Below are positions 1-13,117 of a stretch of 64,000 bases of DNA, piece by piece. Every line of letters starts with the position of its first letter. The first letter of the stretch is position 1. Both the position numbers and the translations under genes were made by a program. Source of the stretch: Yuukianura sp. NJ FZ-2021 (lineage: Eukaryota); NCBI GenBank assembly GCA_046563655.1, contig CM102290.1:11346001-11410000 (forward strand), given 5' to 3'. A model generated the notes under the pieces. It searched no databases and had not been told where the DNA came from. It saw only the letters and a program-made list of their open reading frames with translations.

Positions 1-133
1 TCTAAGGTTTAGTTTGCTTATCGTTGGTTTTATGTTAATTAACGTGGTTATAATCCAACGAACATAGTATCTACACACAGATATATCGTACCAATATCTA
101 GTAATAGCATTGAATGTTGATTTCAGATAAATT

Positions 134-3100
134 ATGGCAGAAGTAGGAAATACGTCGACCTCCGAAACTGGAGACAGTGGGAGGACGACATGCTCCGCAC
201 AGGATGGTGTCTCATTGCCTTCTGGTGGTGCGAGGGGTTTACCCCTCAAGTATTTACATCGATTGCTGGCTGGGTAAGTTCAACGGGCATTTAGTGAACA
301 ATTTCTAATGCTGTCTACAATATATCTAATATGATTAACAGGAAAATGAGGATTGGCGTAGAGAACAAGCTCTACACAATCCCTAAATTTAATATCGTGT
401 TACACGAACTACCGGTGGAAGAAGAACAAGACGAGAAGCCTAAGACCTCCAGAAAGTAAGTTTACATGTCAAGAATCCATATTCATAAAATTCCATATTT
501 ATCATTTCATTTGTGTAATATTTTCTTTGATTTTCAAAAGACGGAGAAGGAAACAGTCGGAAGAGTCAACTTCAGAAAGCAGCGAAGAAACTTCATCGTC
601 GCTTGAGACTGAAGATGAAGAAGATTCGGACCTTGCATGGTCTTCCGAATCCTTCATAGAAGAAGACGATCACGTCTTCAACAACTCCGGCGATGAATCC
701 GAAGAGTCCGTTACCATTGGGAGGCAAAGAGCTGCGAGAATCCAAACGAGGAGTTGCAATAAAAGAAGAGGTTTAAAAAATTGTGGTGCGAGGACGAGGT
801 ACTTGTCTATTTAAATCTTCTTGACAGCGAAAGAAATTAATTCATATCTGAAATAATTCCAGGTCTAAACAACTTCAGGCTCGCGTTTCAAAGCGGAAAC
901 GAATTATGTCTTCTTCTGATGACGAGCAGGATGATGAATCCGAGACTCCAACATCGGACTCATCATGCCCAGCCAAAAATGTGATTTCGCCTGCCCGGCG
1001 AAAGAAATTAGCCCGCAAGCAAAAGCTGCTAACGCGGAGGTTCATGTGAGAACAACCATTTTCTACTTACAGAACTTTAGTTTTTTCTTTAAAACTGACA
1101 GTGTAGTGATGTCCATAATTTCACTTTCTCTTTCTCCAATTACATTTTTGTGTTTATTCTTTAGAAAGCGTCATAACATCGTACTTCCGGACGATCAGAT
1201 GGAACACATCGGGAGGTCAGACAGTGACGACGATGATGAGGACTACTCCATTGGAGATTCCAAAGAATGGTTCGAGAAAAGGAGGCCGCCAAAGCCCAAG
1301 CAAGAAAAGCAGCCGACTAAGCAATGTGAGTTAAGTTATAACTTGTTATGTACGTCATTGTTAAAGATCGCTTATTAATTTTTGTATTCCGTGATGTTTC
1401 GTAAAGCTCAAAAACGGAAATCGAAGTCCAGATCCAAGACAGTTACGTTTTCGGATCCATTGGAGCTGCCGCCAGAGTTGACGGTAGAACCAAAGGACTC
1501 TCCTGAAAACTTGGAAGCTGAATTAGACGAGCCGCCAATTCTAAAGGTAGAAACAAACTTGCCTAGCACGTCGAAAGAAATACTGGATCGAGTTCAACGT
1601 AGCAAGACTCCCGCGGTTATATCATCAACCAATGAAGAAACAGGAGCAGTTGAAACTGTGTCAGTGTCGTCAACTGAAGTATCAGGAGCTGAGCAGACGA
1701 ATCCAATTGCAGAAACAGCAGTGCTGACACCAGAAGCAGCAGTTGAAACAATCGCAGCATCGCCTGACTCAACCACGGGGCAAGCAGGAAGACCACAGCC
1801 AGTCTTAGTGTCAGAACAAATGACAGCAGCTAATCCAGGTCCAGCAACAGTTACCTCAACTCCAGCGGAAATTCCAGCAGCAACTACTGACCTACCAGCA
1901 ACATCAGTAGCCTCCGCTTTAGAAATGTCGAGGATTGGTGCTGAAACACCAGTATCCGTCTCACCAGCAGCGACACCACTGAAATCGGAAGTAATTGTAG
2001 CTTCTATTCCCCTCAAAGATGTTACAATTGAAAGAATTACTGCTTCTACTGCTCCTGCTACTCCAGTTTCAGCCTTGCAAAGTCAAACCACAACAGAAAC
2101 GCCGCCAGTTCAAATCCAAATGGTGCCAGTATCCTCACAGAACATGCCGCAGCTTTCCGATACCTCTATTACGGCCGTCGACGTTCCAAGCATTCAGTCC
2201 ACGGATTTTGTCGAACATTCAATAGACAGACAATTGCCACCTCCTCCTCCTCCGTCACCTCCGCCTCAAATCATCGCAGAGGTTCGGGGGAAGATCTGTC
2301 CAATCTGCTTCAAGTCCGTCCGCTGCCAACTTCTGGAAGCTCATGGTCAAAAATGGCATCTGAGAAGGGACCTGGCGCCTTTTTCTTATCTATGTCACTT
2401 GTGCCCGGGAGAGGAAATGTTTCAAACATTTGGAACGCTGGTGGACCATTGCCAGCTGTCGCATCGTGGATCCTATCCAACCAATCAAAATACAAACGGG
2501 GATCAAGTACAAGCTGGATCCGGTGGTTTCAACAAGAGAGCCTTCCGCGACCATCTTCTCTCGGTGGTCGCGTCTGGTGAAACTGGAGTTTTGCAAAATG
2601 GACTTGACCTAGGATTTGTGCGTGGACGTGGACGGCCCCGGAACAACTGGGAAGAGTTGGCCGTTCAAGGGATGACATCGCCTAGTGCTAATTCAAATTC
2701 AACGCAAGGTCAAGGTCAAGTTGGATCTGGAGGGACTATCTCAGCAAATGTTATATTATCCTACATAGTCAAGGTGCAGCTCTGCGAATCCTTGAAACAC
2801 CTACAGTTTCCAACACAGCAACTGACGACAGAAATGAAGCTGGTTTTCATGAACGAGGTTCCGGAGGCGATCAGCAGAATCCTGAAGCTAAACGGCGGAG
2901 AAACTGTTCCAGTTCATGTTGCTAAATTGAGGCTCAAGCTCCTCCGAAGAGAAGTGCATGCTATCGTGGACAAGGTCGTGACAGCCCAAAGAATGCGCTG
3001 GAGAGAAAGAAATGCGAATGGCGCTGGAACCACGGACTCACCGGCCGCATCTTATGCTCAGCAACCTCAAATGGCAGGCCAAACACCAGGTTCAGCACAA

Positions 3101-4633
3101 CATTCTCCATCGACAGGCCTAGCACCAGGTCCAGCACAACATTCTCAATCGACAGGCCTAGCACCAGGTCCAGCACAACATTCTCAATCGACAGGCCTAG
3201 CACCAGGTCCAGCACAACATTTTCCATTGTCAGGCCCAGCACCAGGTCCAGCACAACATTTTCCATTGCCAGGCCCAGGCGGAGCAACATTACGAGCACA
3301 ACAGCCTGTGCAGCACCACCAACCAACGATCGGATGCCCATATTGTCCATTCCAGAGCTATAATATGGATTTGCTTGAGAAACATGCTCAAGCGAACCAT
3401 TGTATCACTCCAGGATTCAGCAGTGGGGCGAGACGAGGGTTTTTGCCATGTAATGTGTCACACTGTGACATCTTATTCGACAACCTAACCCAATTCTCCC
3501 AGCATCACCGGGCCGGGCTTCACAGCAGCCGAACCCAAGGACAATTCCGGGTTGGAAACTTTAGCAATCAGGCGCCAACATTCCCTATCCCACGACCACG
3601 TTGCAACAAACGTAAATCAACGACAAGTACAGAGATGCCTGCTGCTTGCTACGGTGGGGCTCCAATTTCTCAACCAAATTCGGCTGGAGTAATAGTACCG
3701 CCTTTGTACTTCAATCAAGCGGTCTATAATTCCTTGGCACGTAATACTTCTGCAATGGTGAGTAACAGGCCAAGTGCACCGTCAAATCAAGTCTACAACA
3801 ATGGCCCTGTTTCTTCAATGCCTCATCCGTCCAATACTGCTTGGATGACGCAGCGTTTCCCGAACAACACCGCTCCAATGGCTCCGTATAACCGTCCGAC
3901 GTCAACTGTTCCAGCTCCTACGCAACCTACTTCATCAATTGTTGCTGCACTTAACAATCATCGTTATCAACTGCCGCCGAATAATCATGCGCCACCAACA
4001 GTCGGGTCTAATAATAATGCTGTGTCATCTGCCCAGCCTTTCAACCCAGTTCCTGCACCGACAATGCCTTCCAACAGCACTGCCTCAACGGCTCCGCCTG
4101 TCAGTATTACTGATTTACTGGCAATGCCTCTAGATCAAGCGATGAAGCGAGCTGCAGCATTGGGACACAGTGGAGTTTCTTTGACTCCGACGGCCGAACA
4201 ACGATCGAACTATCAGCCTACCAATTGCAATTCAGCAGTACCTTGGATCAATCCTGCTCAGCAAACTGTTCGTGCTCCAGAAGTGATTCAGCAAATTGCT
4301 CAACCTGCTATTCTTGCTCCAACGGGGACTCTACCAACCGGTCCTGTGATTGTGCCAATGCAAAACATGGATCTTCCAATTTCAGTCTCCACAACACATC
4401 CGATGAATGTCACCACTGCTGGCCGAAGGGAGCCATTAACTTTTCATTCAATGGAGCAGCAGAATACTTCGCATGTCCGCCCAGGTTCTGGTGAAAACGT
4501 CGCTGTAGAAGATGATCCGGACTTTGAGTGCTTCGTCTGCGCAAATTGCAGCGAAGAGTTTGCTACAGAGCAGGAAGCCTCCGAGCACTTGGTCACTGCC
4601 CATGGCGCTGAAAAACTGCACTACTTTCAATAG
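134..4633 (+). CDS. Large multi-exon C2H2 zinc-finger / AT-hook nuclear protein (~1360 aa), orthology not recognised
   Basis: GT-AG exons joined in frame: 134-273, 342-455, 541-798, 863-1045 (or donor after 1039), 1165-1325, 1407-4633 (4083 nt). Acidic/basic N-terminus with NLS-like KRRRRK, S/T/P-rich linker, AT-hook RGRGRPR, and five dispersed C2H2-like motifs (CPIC..H..H, CHLC..H..H, CPYC..H..H, CNVSHC..H..H, CANC..H..H). Confidence 0.8.
3084..3278 (+). repeat. Coding minisatellite, 5 x 39 bp (13-aa unit PGPAQHSQSTGLA)
   Basis: Unit caccaggtccagcacaacattctcaatcgacaggcctag and variants repeated five times in frame. Confidence 0.9.
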
Positions 4634-6109
4634 ATCCTGCCAACTACTGTCTACAGACAACGGTGAACTTCCAATGAGATTGTGAGTAACTTATAGTAAT
4701 TTAGAACTTTGTTTCCAACTAGTTATACTTAAATCACATTCAAGTATTTCACTTAATACACTTAAACTTTACCATAAGCAAGTTCAAGCCATACCAATAC
4801 TGCTTGTATCTCTCTGGTCTATTAAGCTAGGAGATTAATTCAGAAACAAATGTAAAGTACAAATTGCTGAAAATCGGTCGCCAAAAACTTACTGAAGCTT
4901 CAATTACTTGCTATTTCTACTTTCAGATCTTTTCCAAAGGGATATTATGATCAGAGATTAAGTCTTGCCAAACATTGTTAACCGATTCACAATTTAATAT
5001 TGTTAACTAACTCACGATTTATAACTTGAATTTAGTAAGTAATGGAAGTTAAAATGTAAAGCTTTAGCTAAATTTTGAATTTACTGAAAATTGCGGAGGA
5101 AGATAATGGATTATGGATTGGCTTGTGAATCGCTGACTGAATTTCACAAGAGTATGAATCAGGCGTCGCAAAAATACTTTAATTAACTTTAAAGTTTTAC
5201 GAGCAAGTTACTAAGCATGTAATTTAGTATCGAATGTCATTGAAAGTTGTTTTGAAAATCAGAGATAGTGTAACGTTGGACCGAGCGCTGTCGGTTTCTG
5301 GCTTCCATTTTTGTACTTACAATTAAGAAGCTTGTTAAAGTTGAGATTTTAACAGTAATTGAGTAATTTGTTAGTAATTGGAACTTTGCAAAATAAAAGC
5401 TTTAGATTAGCATCAGAAATTAGAGTATGAAATATTATTTTTATTTTTATTAAATGTTTACTTATATTGTTGTAATTGGAGAACAAATTGTGAACTGACT
5501 TATATTCCTCCACGCACATTTACATATGAGGTGCATGATTATGTTTAATTAATTTGTTTGGTAAGTAATAATAATATTATGATAACATGTAGTATGATTA
5601 TAATTTATATTGGTGTACATTTTTTATTCGTAGGCTGCTTGCCAACGCTACATTTGTTAACGATTACAGGAAATATAAAGATGATTTTATATTCTAGATT
5701 TACTGTACTAAATGAGGAAGGATATTCTGATATTAATTATTGGAAAGCACTGGATATTTTAAATTGGTTTTGAGTGTTGCAAAAGCCAAATACTTAATTA
5801 ACACTAGTTAATTAATTAGCTCATGATTTAAATTGAAATTAAAGGTTTATTGGGTTCATAGTACTACTGAGGCCCAGCTATGGTTTTAATGGGTGATATG
5901 TTCTGCAAATGGAATTTTTTCTTCAGTTGTGTTTGAGATTTTGAAGAGGGGAGAGTATTTTGGGAGTTGGTTTTTTTATTCTTCCGGTTCACTCATCTTG
6001 TTCCACTTGAACTGTCAATTAATTTAAGTTAATCTAGATCCAAATTAATCAACGAAAAATACGCTGAGGTCTCGTGTTGCCAGGATACTGAAGCTGAGCC
6101 GGTCTGACG

Positions 6110-9100
6110 ATGTCATACGCTTGTAGTAAGTCAATTTTTAGATTATGATTTATCCAAGGGTCATCAGGTCAAATGCTGCATTAGATTTTTAGTGTAAATA
6201 GAGTCACTGTCACGGTACCGATGACCTATCAGGATTTTGCAGTAAGATGTTAGGTTAATCAATTATTAAGGCTTGACGACATTAGAATCCGAGAGAATAA
6301 TACGGAATCCTGTATGTCCTTTTATGGGCATGTTCATCCCGGTTTCCCCGTTCTTCATAACCATGACTCACCCCCACTTTCTCTCAGAAATTCGCACGGT
6401 AGGAGAACTCATCAACTCAGGTGAGGTAACCATACCGGAGATACACTTTAATGACGAGAGACAACTTATGCCTCGTTACGGCTTCGTAGGTTTGTAATTT
6501 AAAAAAGGATTTGTCATTGATAAGGTAGGAGAAATGCGGCGGTGGATGAGAATTCAATTTGTTCGTTATCTGAATATGAAGAAGGATTTAATGTTGATCC
6601 TGATTGATTGTATTGTTTGATTTCAGAAACTACCTTTGCTACACTTCCAAGAACACAGCGTGGTAATCCGATTGTTCTGGGTGGCGATCCCAAGGGCAAG
6701 AACTTCCTGTACGCCAATGGAAACAGTGTCATTATTCGCAATATTGAGGTAAAATGGGAGCAAAATCAAAACATAAAGCATTTGAGATGAAGTTAATATA
6801 ATTATATAAACGAAATTAATATAAAAGTTTTACTGAACTATCATATAGGAAGATGTAAGTGGTTGTCCAGAATTAGATGTCGCTTCTTTTCAGATATCGA
6901 ATAACAGTTGCAACTTTTTGGATCCTGCTGAGAGCATTGACATCTAAAAAATATTCAGTCACAGGCTGCCGGTTCTATTTATAACTCGGTCTCACTTCCT
7001 TAGTTGTTTCTGCCAATAATATAAAAAAAATCCACAGCATGCCGATTTCGAATCGGACACTGCTACTATATTCGAAAGCTTTTGTGCGTATAGCATGAAA
7101 TGATTTTCGTTTAGAATGCGAAGCAAACAAACGCCAAAAAATAATTTATGGGAAGCGGAAGGATCTTTGCTATGCATTTAAGATTTTGTGTGAATTCAGA
7201 AAATCTAAGCCACTTGTAACTCATGAAATGTTGAAATACTTTTCTCGATTTTGGATTTCAGAATCCTGAGATTTCGGATATTTACACTGAACACTCCACC
7301 AACGTGTTAGTGGCAAAGTACTCTCCAAGCGGCTTCTACATTGCATCGGCTGGTACGTTTTTACAACGTTGTTACATGTATTTTGGGATGTTTTGAACTT
7401 CATGATTTACTCTTTTTCTCAATGTAGACCAAAGTGGAAAAGTTCGAATTTGGGATACTGTAAACAAGGAGCATATTTTGAAGAATGAGTTTCAACCATT
7501 TGGAGGACCAGTGAAAGATCTGTCTTGGTCACCCGACAGTCAACGAATTGCTGTCGTCGGAGAAGGGCGTGAGAAATTCGGCCATGTTTTTATGGCTGAT
7601 ACTGGAACTTCTGTGGGCGAAATTTCTGGACAAACCAAGCCAATCAATTCCGTTGACTTTCGACCAGCCCGTCCCTATCGAATCATCACTGGATGTGAGG
7701 ACAATACAATCGGAATCTTCGAGGGACCACCGTTCAAGTTCAAGTGCACACAAAAAGTAAAAATCGCTGTGATAATGCTAAATGCACTCAAAGTTTCGCT
7801 TTTACGAATACTAATTACTTTTTTTTATTACATAGGTTCATGGACGCTTCGTCCAAGCTGTTCGATACTCTCCGAACGGAGATTTCTTTGCTTCCGGTGG
7901 ATTCGATGGAAAAGTGTTCCTGTTTGGCGGGAAAGACTCAGAACTTATTGGAGAACTGGGCTCGCCTGCTCATGCTGGAGGTGTTTACGCCGTAAGTATT
8001 TCATGGACAACTTGAAGTCTGAAGTTTCGTGTGTCAATCAACTCATTCCTTGCTTTCCTTTCTTAGGTGGCTTGGAGTCCAGATGGAAAACAGTTGTTGA
8101 CTGCCTCTGGTGACAAAACTTGTAAGCTGTGGGACGTAGAATCCAAGTCACTCATCTCCGAGTTCCCGATGGGTTCACAAGTTGACGATCAGCAAGTATC
8201 TTGCCTCTGGCAAGGTTCACATCTCCTCTCTGTCTCGCTCTCTGGATTCATCACTTACTTGGATCCCAACAATCCCACGAAGCCACTGAGAATTGTCAAA
8301 GGCCACAACAAGCCCATCACAGTTCTTTGTCTCAACGAAAGTGGCGACAGAATTTTCACAGGGTCTCATGATGGATGGGTTACGCACTGGGAAGTGAAGA
8401 CTGGACTCAACGATCGGGTTAGTGGACCAGGCCATGGGAATCAAATCAACGCAATGAAAGTTGTCGGAGACAAGTTGTATACTTGTGGAATTGATGACCA
8501 TTTGCGCGTGGTTGACCTTGATGTGTTCACATACAATCCTGTTGCTGAGGTCAAACTCGGGGCACAACCAAGAGGATTGGACATTGACGGTGGTCGTGCT
8601 TTGATTGCTACTGTCAAGGAGGTACGTTACCTATGCTTGCTATGACATGGTGCGAGGTAAGGATTAACGACCGTCATTGTAGCCACTCTCCCATTTTCGT
8701 GGCTACACCTGAGTGGCAACTTAATTAGCCTCCATACCCTCTCATAAAGTGGCAACATAAGTTGCCGCACAGGTTAGCCACCCATTTTTGTCAGTAAAAA
8801 TGGCTGTGCGGCCTTAACGACGGTTGTTAAACCTTACCCCAATCGAGATATGACAACCAATGAGAATGATTACCGATTAACACTGAATTGCTTATTTTCT
8901 ACTTTCAGTTGTTAGTCGTTGAAGGTGGAAAGAAAGTGGGCTCTCTTGCCATCAACTTCGAGCCATCCAGTCTGTCTTTCAATCCAAGTCACAGCCATGT
9001 TGCTGTCGGGAGCTTGTCAGATAACAAGGTAAAAATTTACAAAGTTGTCTTGAATTTTAAGTTTACCTGAACCATAACCTTTGAACATTCATTCCAACTG

Positions 9101-9636
9101 ATTGAATTTTTTTCGGTTTCTTCTACCAGGTACACGTTTACACTCTCGAAGGAAATACGTTTACTTTGAAAGAGAGTATGAGTCATATGGGTGGCGTGAC
9201 GAACGTGGCGTACTCTCCTGATGGCCAGTATCTCGTTGCTTCCGATGCCAATCGCAAAGTCATCCTGTATCAAGTTTCCAGCTACCAATTGGGTGGCAAG
9301 AAAGAGTGGGGAATGCACAACGCTCGAGTCAACTGTGTGGCATGGTCACCCAATTCTAAATTAGTTGCTTCCGGAAGTTTGGATACAACTATTATCATTT
9401 GGAGCGTGGATCAACTGACCAAGTATCTCATTCTGAAAAGTAAAGAAACTCCATTAATTGCTAATGCTAAGAGTTTTGTAGAGGACAGACTTTACAGTAA
9501 TTGTTTGTTTCAATTTACAGATGCACATCCACAAAGTCAAATCACTGGATTGGCATGGATAGACCAAAGTCAGCTGGTGTCAGTCGGGCAAGATGCAAAT
9601 ACGAAACTGTGGGAAGTCACTGGATTTCCAGCTTAA
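6110..9636 (+). CDS. WDR1: WD-repeat protein 1 / actin-interacting protein 1 (AIP1, flare-like), 604 aa
   Basis: Exons 6110-6125, 6627-6748, 7262-7352, 7428-7756, 7836-7991, 8067-8621, 8909-9028, 9130-9439, 9521-9636 (1815 nt, open). Diagnostic peptides [48 protein letters not shown], plus many WD40 repeats. Confidence 0.95.
8656..8838. mobile_element. MITE-like element (~180 bp) in WDR1 intron 6
   Basis: 20-bp terminal inverted repeats GGTAAGGATTAACGACCGTC (8656-8675) and GACGGTTGTTAAACCTTACC (8819-8838), 2 mismatches. Internal inverted GTAGCCAC/GTGGCTAC and GGCAAC/GTTGCC motifs. No clear TSD. Confidence 0.6.
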
Positions 9637-10199
9637 ATTGAAGTTTTGAAAGCTCTGCGCTTAACCGTACCTCGTCCTTAGGAAAACCACGAGAAATCTA
9701 ATCATATTATAAAAGGAGAGGAGACTTAAGTACTATTTTGTGAGAGGAACATATAAGCTTGTGCTGTCAATTTGTACTCATTTCCTTCCGGTAACGAATT
9801 ACTCTTTGCCAAAGAAAATTCTTAAATACGTTTTTCTCAAAAAAGCTTGGAATTTTTGAAATCAAAATATATGTGTCCTTCCACAAGAGAATGTTACAAA
9901 TGAAAGAAATCATCCTACTATTCTTATCAACGAGTATTACCGACTCTGTCCTTGTAAAATATTATGCAAAAGTTATTAAAGCGTAAAAGATGAAATTACA
10001 ATTCAGTGACAATTGTTTAATTGTTTTAGCCCTGTTTTTGCTTAGCTGTACTTATGAAAGTCAAAACATACAGTGGAAGTAGAATTCTCAATTGAGGAAA
10101 AGTAAGAATACAATTCTTTTCACTGGAATTGGGAATTCTTGATTCCAGAATTGTATAAATTAATCAATTACAAATAAATGGGAGAGGGTGGACGGTGTC

Positions 10200-10834
10200 T
10201 CAGTGTTTCTCGGCTTGGAGGACTGGGTTCTTGACCACAATGATGACAGAGTCTCCACGCAGAAACATTTTGGAAATGAATCGATCCTTTGTAACTGGCT
10301 TTCCCTAAAGCAAACAATACACAGGTTACTAACTGGAAATTAATCGTGATTTCTAATTCTGGAAATAGAATGAAGAATTAGCGAAGTACTGACCTTCTTC
10401 TTCTTGCCTTTGCCAGGTCGTGGATACTCTGTCCAGATTTCTTTGACGTTTTCCAGCACCATGTTACAGTGTCTGTCAAAAGCCTTCACGCGACCCAATA
10501 ACTTTTTGTTGTTTCGCACATTGATGAGAACCTGAACAAATCAAAAGCACAGTATCTTAATCAAGGAAGTACTGGTCACTGTCAGTGTCAATTCACATTA
10601 CAATTCAATTGCTTTAGTTTCAGTTACCTGAGTATTGTTTTTCACTGACTGTTCCAAAATAGACAATGGACCAGTTGTAAACTCCTCCTGCTCTCGTTTG
10701 GCCAGTTCTTCCGGACTCATTTCCGATTTCGGTTTCCTTCAATACACAAACAAGTTTACATTTAAATCTTCCACTATCAATATCATATTGATCACTACCA
10801 CTACCAATGAAATGACTTACGTTATGCCTGCCAT
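10200..10834 (-). CDS. SNRPD2: Small nuclear ribonucleoprotein Sm D2, 121 aa
   Basis: Minus-strand exons 10834-10821, 10736-10628, 10531-10394, 10304-10200 give [114 protein letters not shown]..., the classic SmD2 sequence. Confidence 0.97.
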
Positions 10835-12951
10835 GATGACTGATCGTTGTAACGATAGTGGAAGATACCGGCAAGATTCACCTGATCGATGACCTTCCCT
10901 TTTCTAACAAACTAATATCAGTTCCCAACTTCCTAAGTTTATCCAACTACTAATGCCAAGTCGCTAAGCGATTAATCCGTGTATGTCCAACACTGGGTAA
11001 TCTAAATGGCTTCGAAAAACTAACCGATTAGTTCAGGACGTAACGACCAAAATTCGCACAGTGCTTGCTTGCTTTTCGTTTTTATTTTTATTTTTGAGTT
11101 CGGTTTCTCTCCCTCTGCAACTTTGAAAAACGCGGGCTGTTCAAAGTTCAAATTTTTTGTTATCCACAGATGCCGCTGATCGCGTGATGTGAGAATAAGA
11201 CGCTAAAATCATCTAATAACTAAACAATTCACTAGAACAAATATTTTAACATTGACGTGTGACCTCTGACCTCTCATTGCATATACTTAAGGTCAAAGTC
11301 TTTTGAATGTATAAATTCAACTACTGAAACTATAATTTCTACGCGCCTAGTACGCCTCAACGGAAACCGACAAGCTCATTTGTTAGTCTAAAACAATTTC
11401 AGATTCGAACAGGATCTGAGAGTGAGCACAACAGGAACAATGTTTTTCTAGATGCAGAACAATTGAATCACAATTCATTTGAATTTCCAATTACGAAACT
11501 CCGAATTCCTATAAAGAAAAACAACACATCGCAATTCGATTCAATCTAACTTGAAATTTGAAACTCGCAGTAGTGGCGCCTTTGCGTCAAAACAAGTTGT
11601 TTGGAAGAAACGGATGCGGAAGTGGCCGACTGTTGAGATTTCAAGCAAATGTTTTAAGTCATTTCAGATGTATTTTATGCTAGATTAACCTTAACGATTA
11701 ACGAATATTCTAATGTTCACTTAACTAACCTATTCCAACCAAAGTTAGCTTAGCCCACAATATGGCAACAAATAGCTGGATCGTGCTGTGCTATGGTATG
11801 ACTAGATTTGATTAAAAAAAGAATGAAACCAATGAACGCCAAGTTAACTTATTTTAGCAAATACTGCAACATTTAGTTAGTTTAAATCAAAGTAATTGTG
11901 ATTTTTGAAGTGTGGGTCAAATTTCCGGTTTTTTGCATTTCATAGGATTCTGGAAGATCCATTGCAACTTAAGTTGGAGTTCCGCCATATTTGTTCTTAA
12001 ATCTTAATTTCCTGATGGTGGATATGCTAGATAAAAGCTTCCTGGTCAATAAATGAATTGATGATGCTCAAGTGCACCGAAAAACAAAATTCAATTAACT
12101 TTGGTGCCTAACTGGTGCAAGTGACGCAAAACGTTTGGAAACTAAACGTTTTTATCGGTCAAAGGTTAAAGCTCGAAAATTTGCTTTCGGAAGTTTTGGT
12201 TCTTCAATTTTCTGATTTTGTTTTCAGTGTGTTCCACTCAAAAAATGCTAGGAAAGATTTTTTAACAAAATAGACTTTTTGTTGAAGTTTGATTTATGTT
12301 TTTCATTTTCGAGATCTAATGAAATTCAAAATTTGAAATTCACAACACTATTATTCTTATTGCCGCTTTTGCGGCGTGAGCATACGACAGACAGGACGCA
12401 CAATTCCTTAGAAACTGATAAAAGTCAAATTTAATCCAAAATGGCTTCATTCTCGCAAAAAAAAGCCGGCGATTCGAAAAACTGTTGCAATCGTGTACTT
12501 AGAAACGGGCAAAAGGAGATGCGAATTTTTCAAATTATGCCGAAATTTGCGTTTACAATTTTTGGTATTTTTTTTATTTTCTCAGTCTTCATCAATAATT
12601 AATGAGTTTCCTAGTAAAACCGTATTCGCACTTAAACAATTTGGAACAAGAACAGGAAGAACAGAAATTTCGAGACAATCCTTTCTTTGAAATGCAGAAC
12701 AAGACAAAGATTTTGATTCTTCTGTTCCTATTTTTAGAAATGTCACTTTTTCTTGTTTTTTTAAGCATATCGTTTGATACAAAGTTGGATTGTATCGAAT
12801 AACTTTTAAAAAATGTTTCTCGAAATTGACATGGCGGGAAATTCAGAAGAAACTGATGCATCACCATCTTCATTTTTTCTGACGAAAATGGAAAAGTTTA
12901 GTACGCATGTTCCGCCTTCGCGTTCGTAAGGAACACCTCATGTTCTCAGAG

Positions 12952-13117
12952 TATAAAAACCCCATTGTTCTTCTGGATCTTCCCGATTCAATTCCAAGCC
13001 TCTTCGTCAACCAGAAACACTTCAAACACTTTTCAAAACAAATTTAAAAACCGGCGTCATTTGAACAAACATTCTTCAAAGTCATCAACACTTCTTCAAC
13101 TGCCCAGATCCGTAAGT
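12952..13117 (+). promoter_or_regulatory. Candidate TATA promoter and non-coding first exon, probably for the ImpL2-like gene
   Basis: TATAAAA at 12952, Inr-like TCAATT at 12988, strong donor GTAAGT at 13112. The ImpL2 coding exon is preceded by an acceptor (tttcag ending 17856) that needs an upstream exon. Confidence 0.4.

Noticed and set aside
1594..4660. Antisense and alternate-frame ORFs over the zinc-finger gene
   Set aside because: Shadows of a long, biased coding exon.
10620..10892. ORF-track calls at 10620-10874 and 10635-10892
   Set aside because: Wrong frames; the real product is spliced SmD2.
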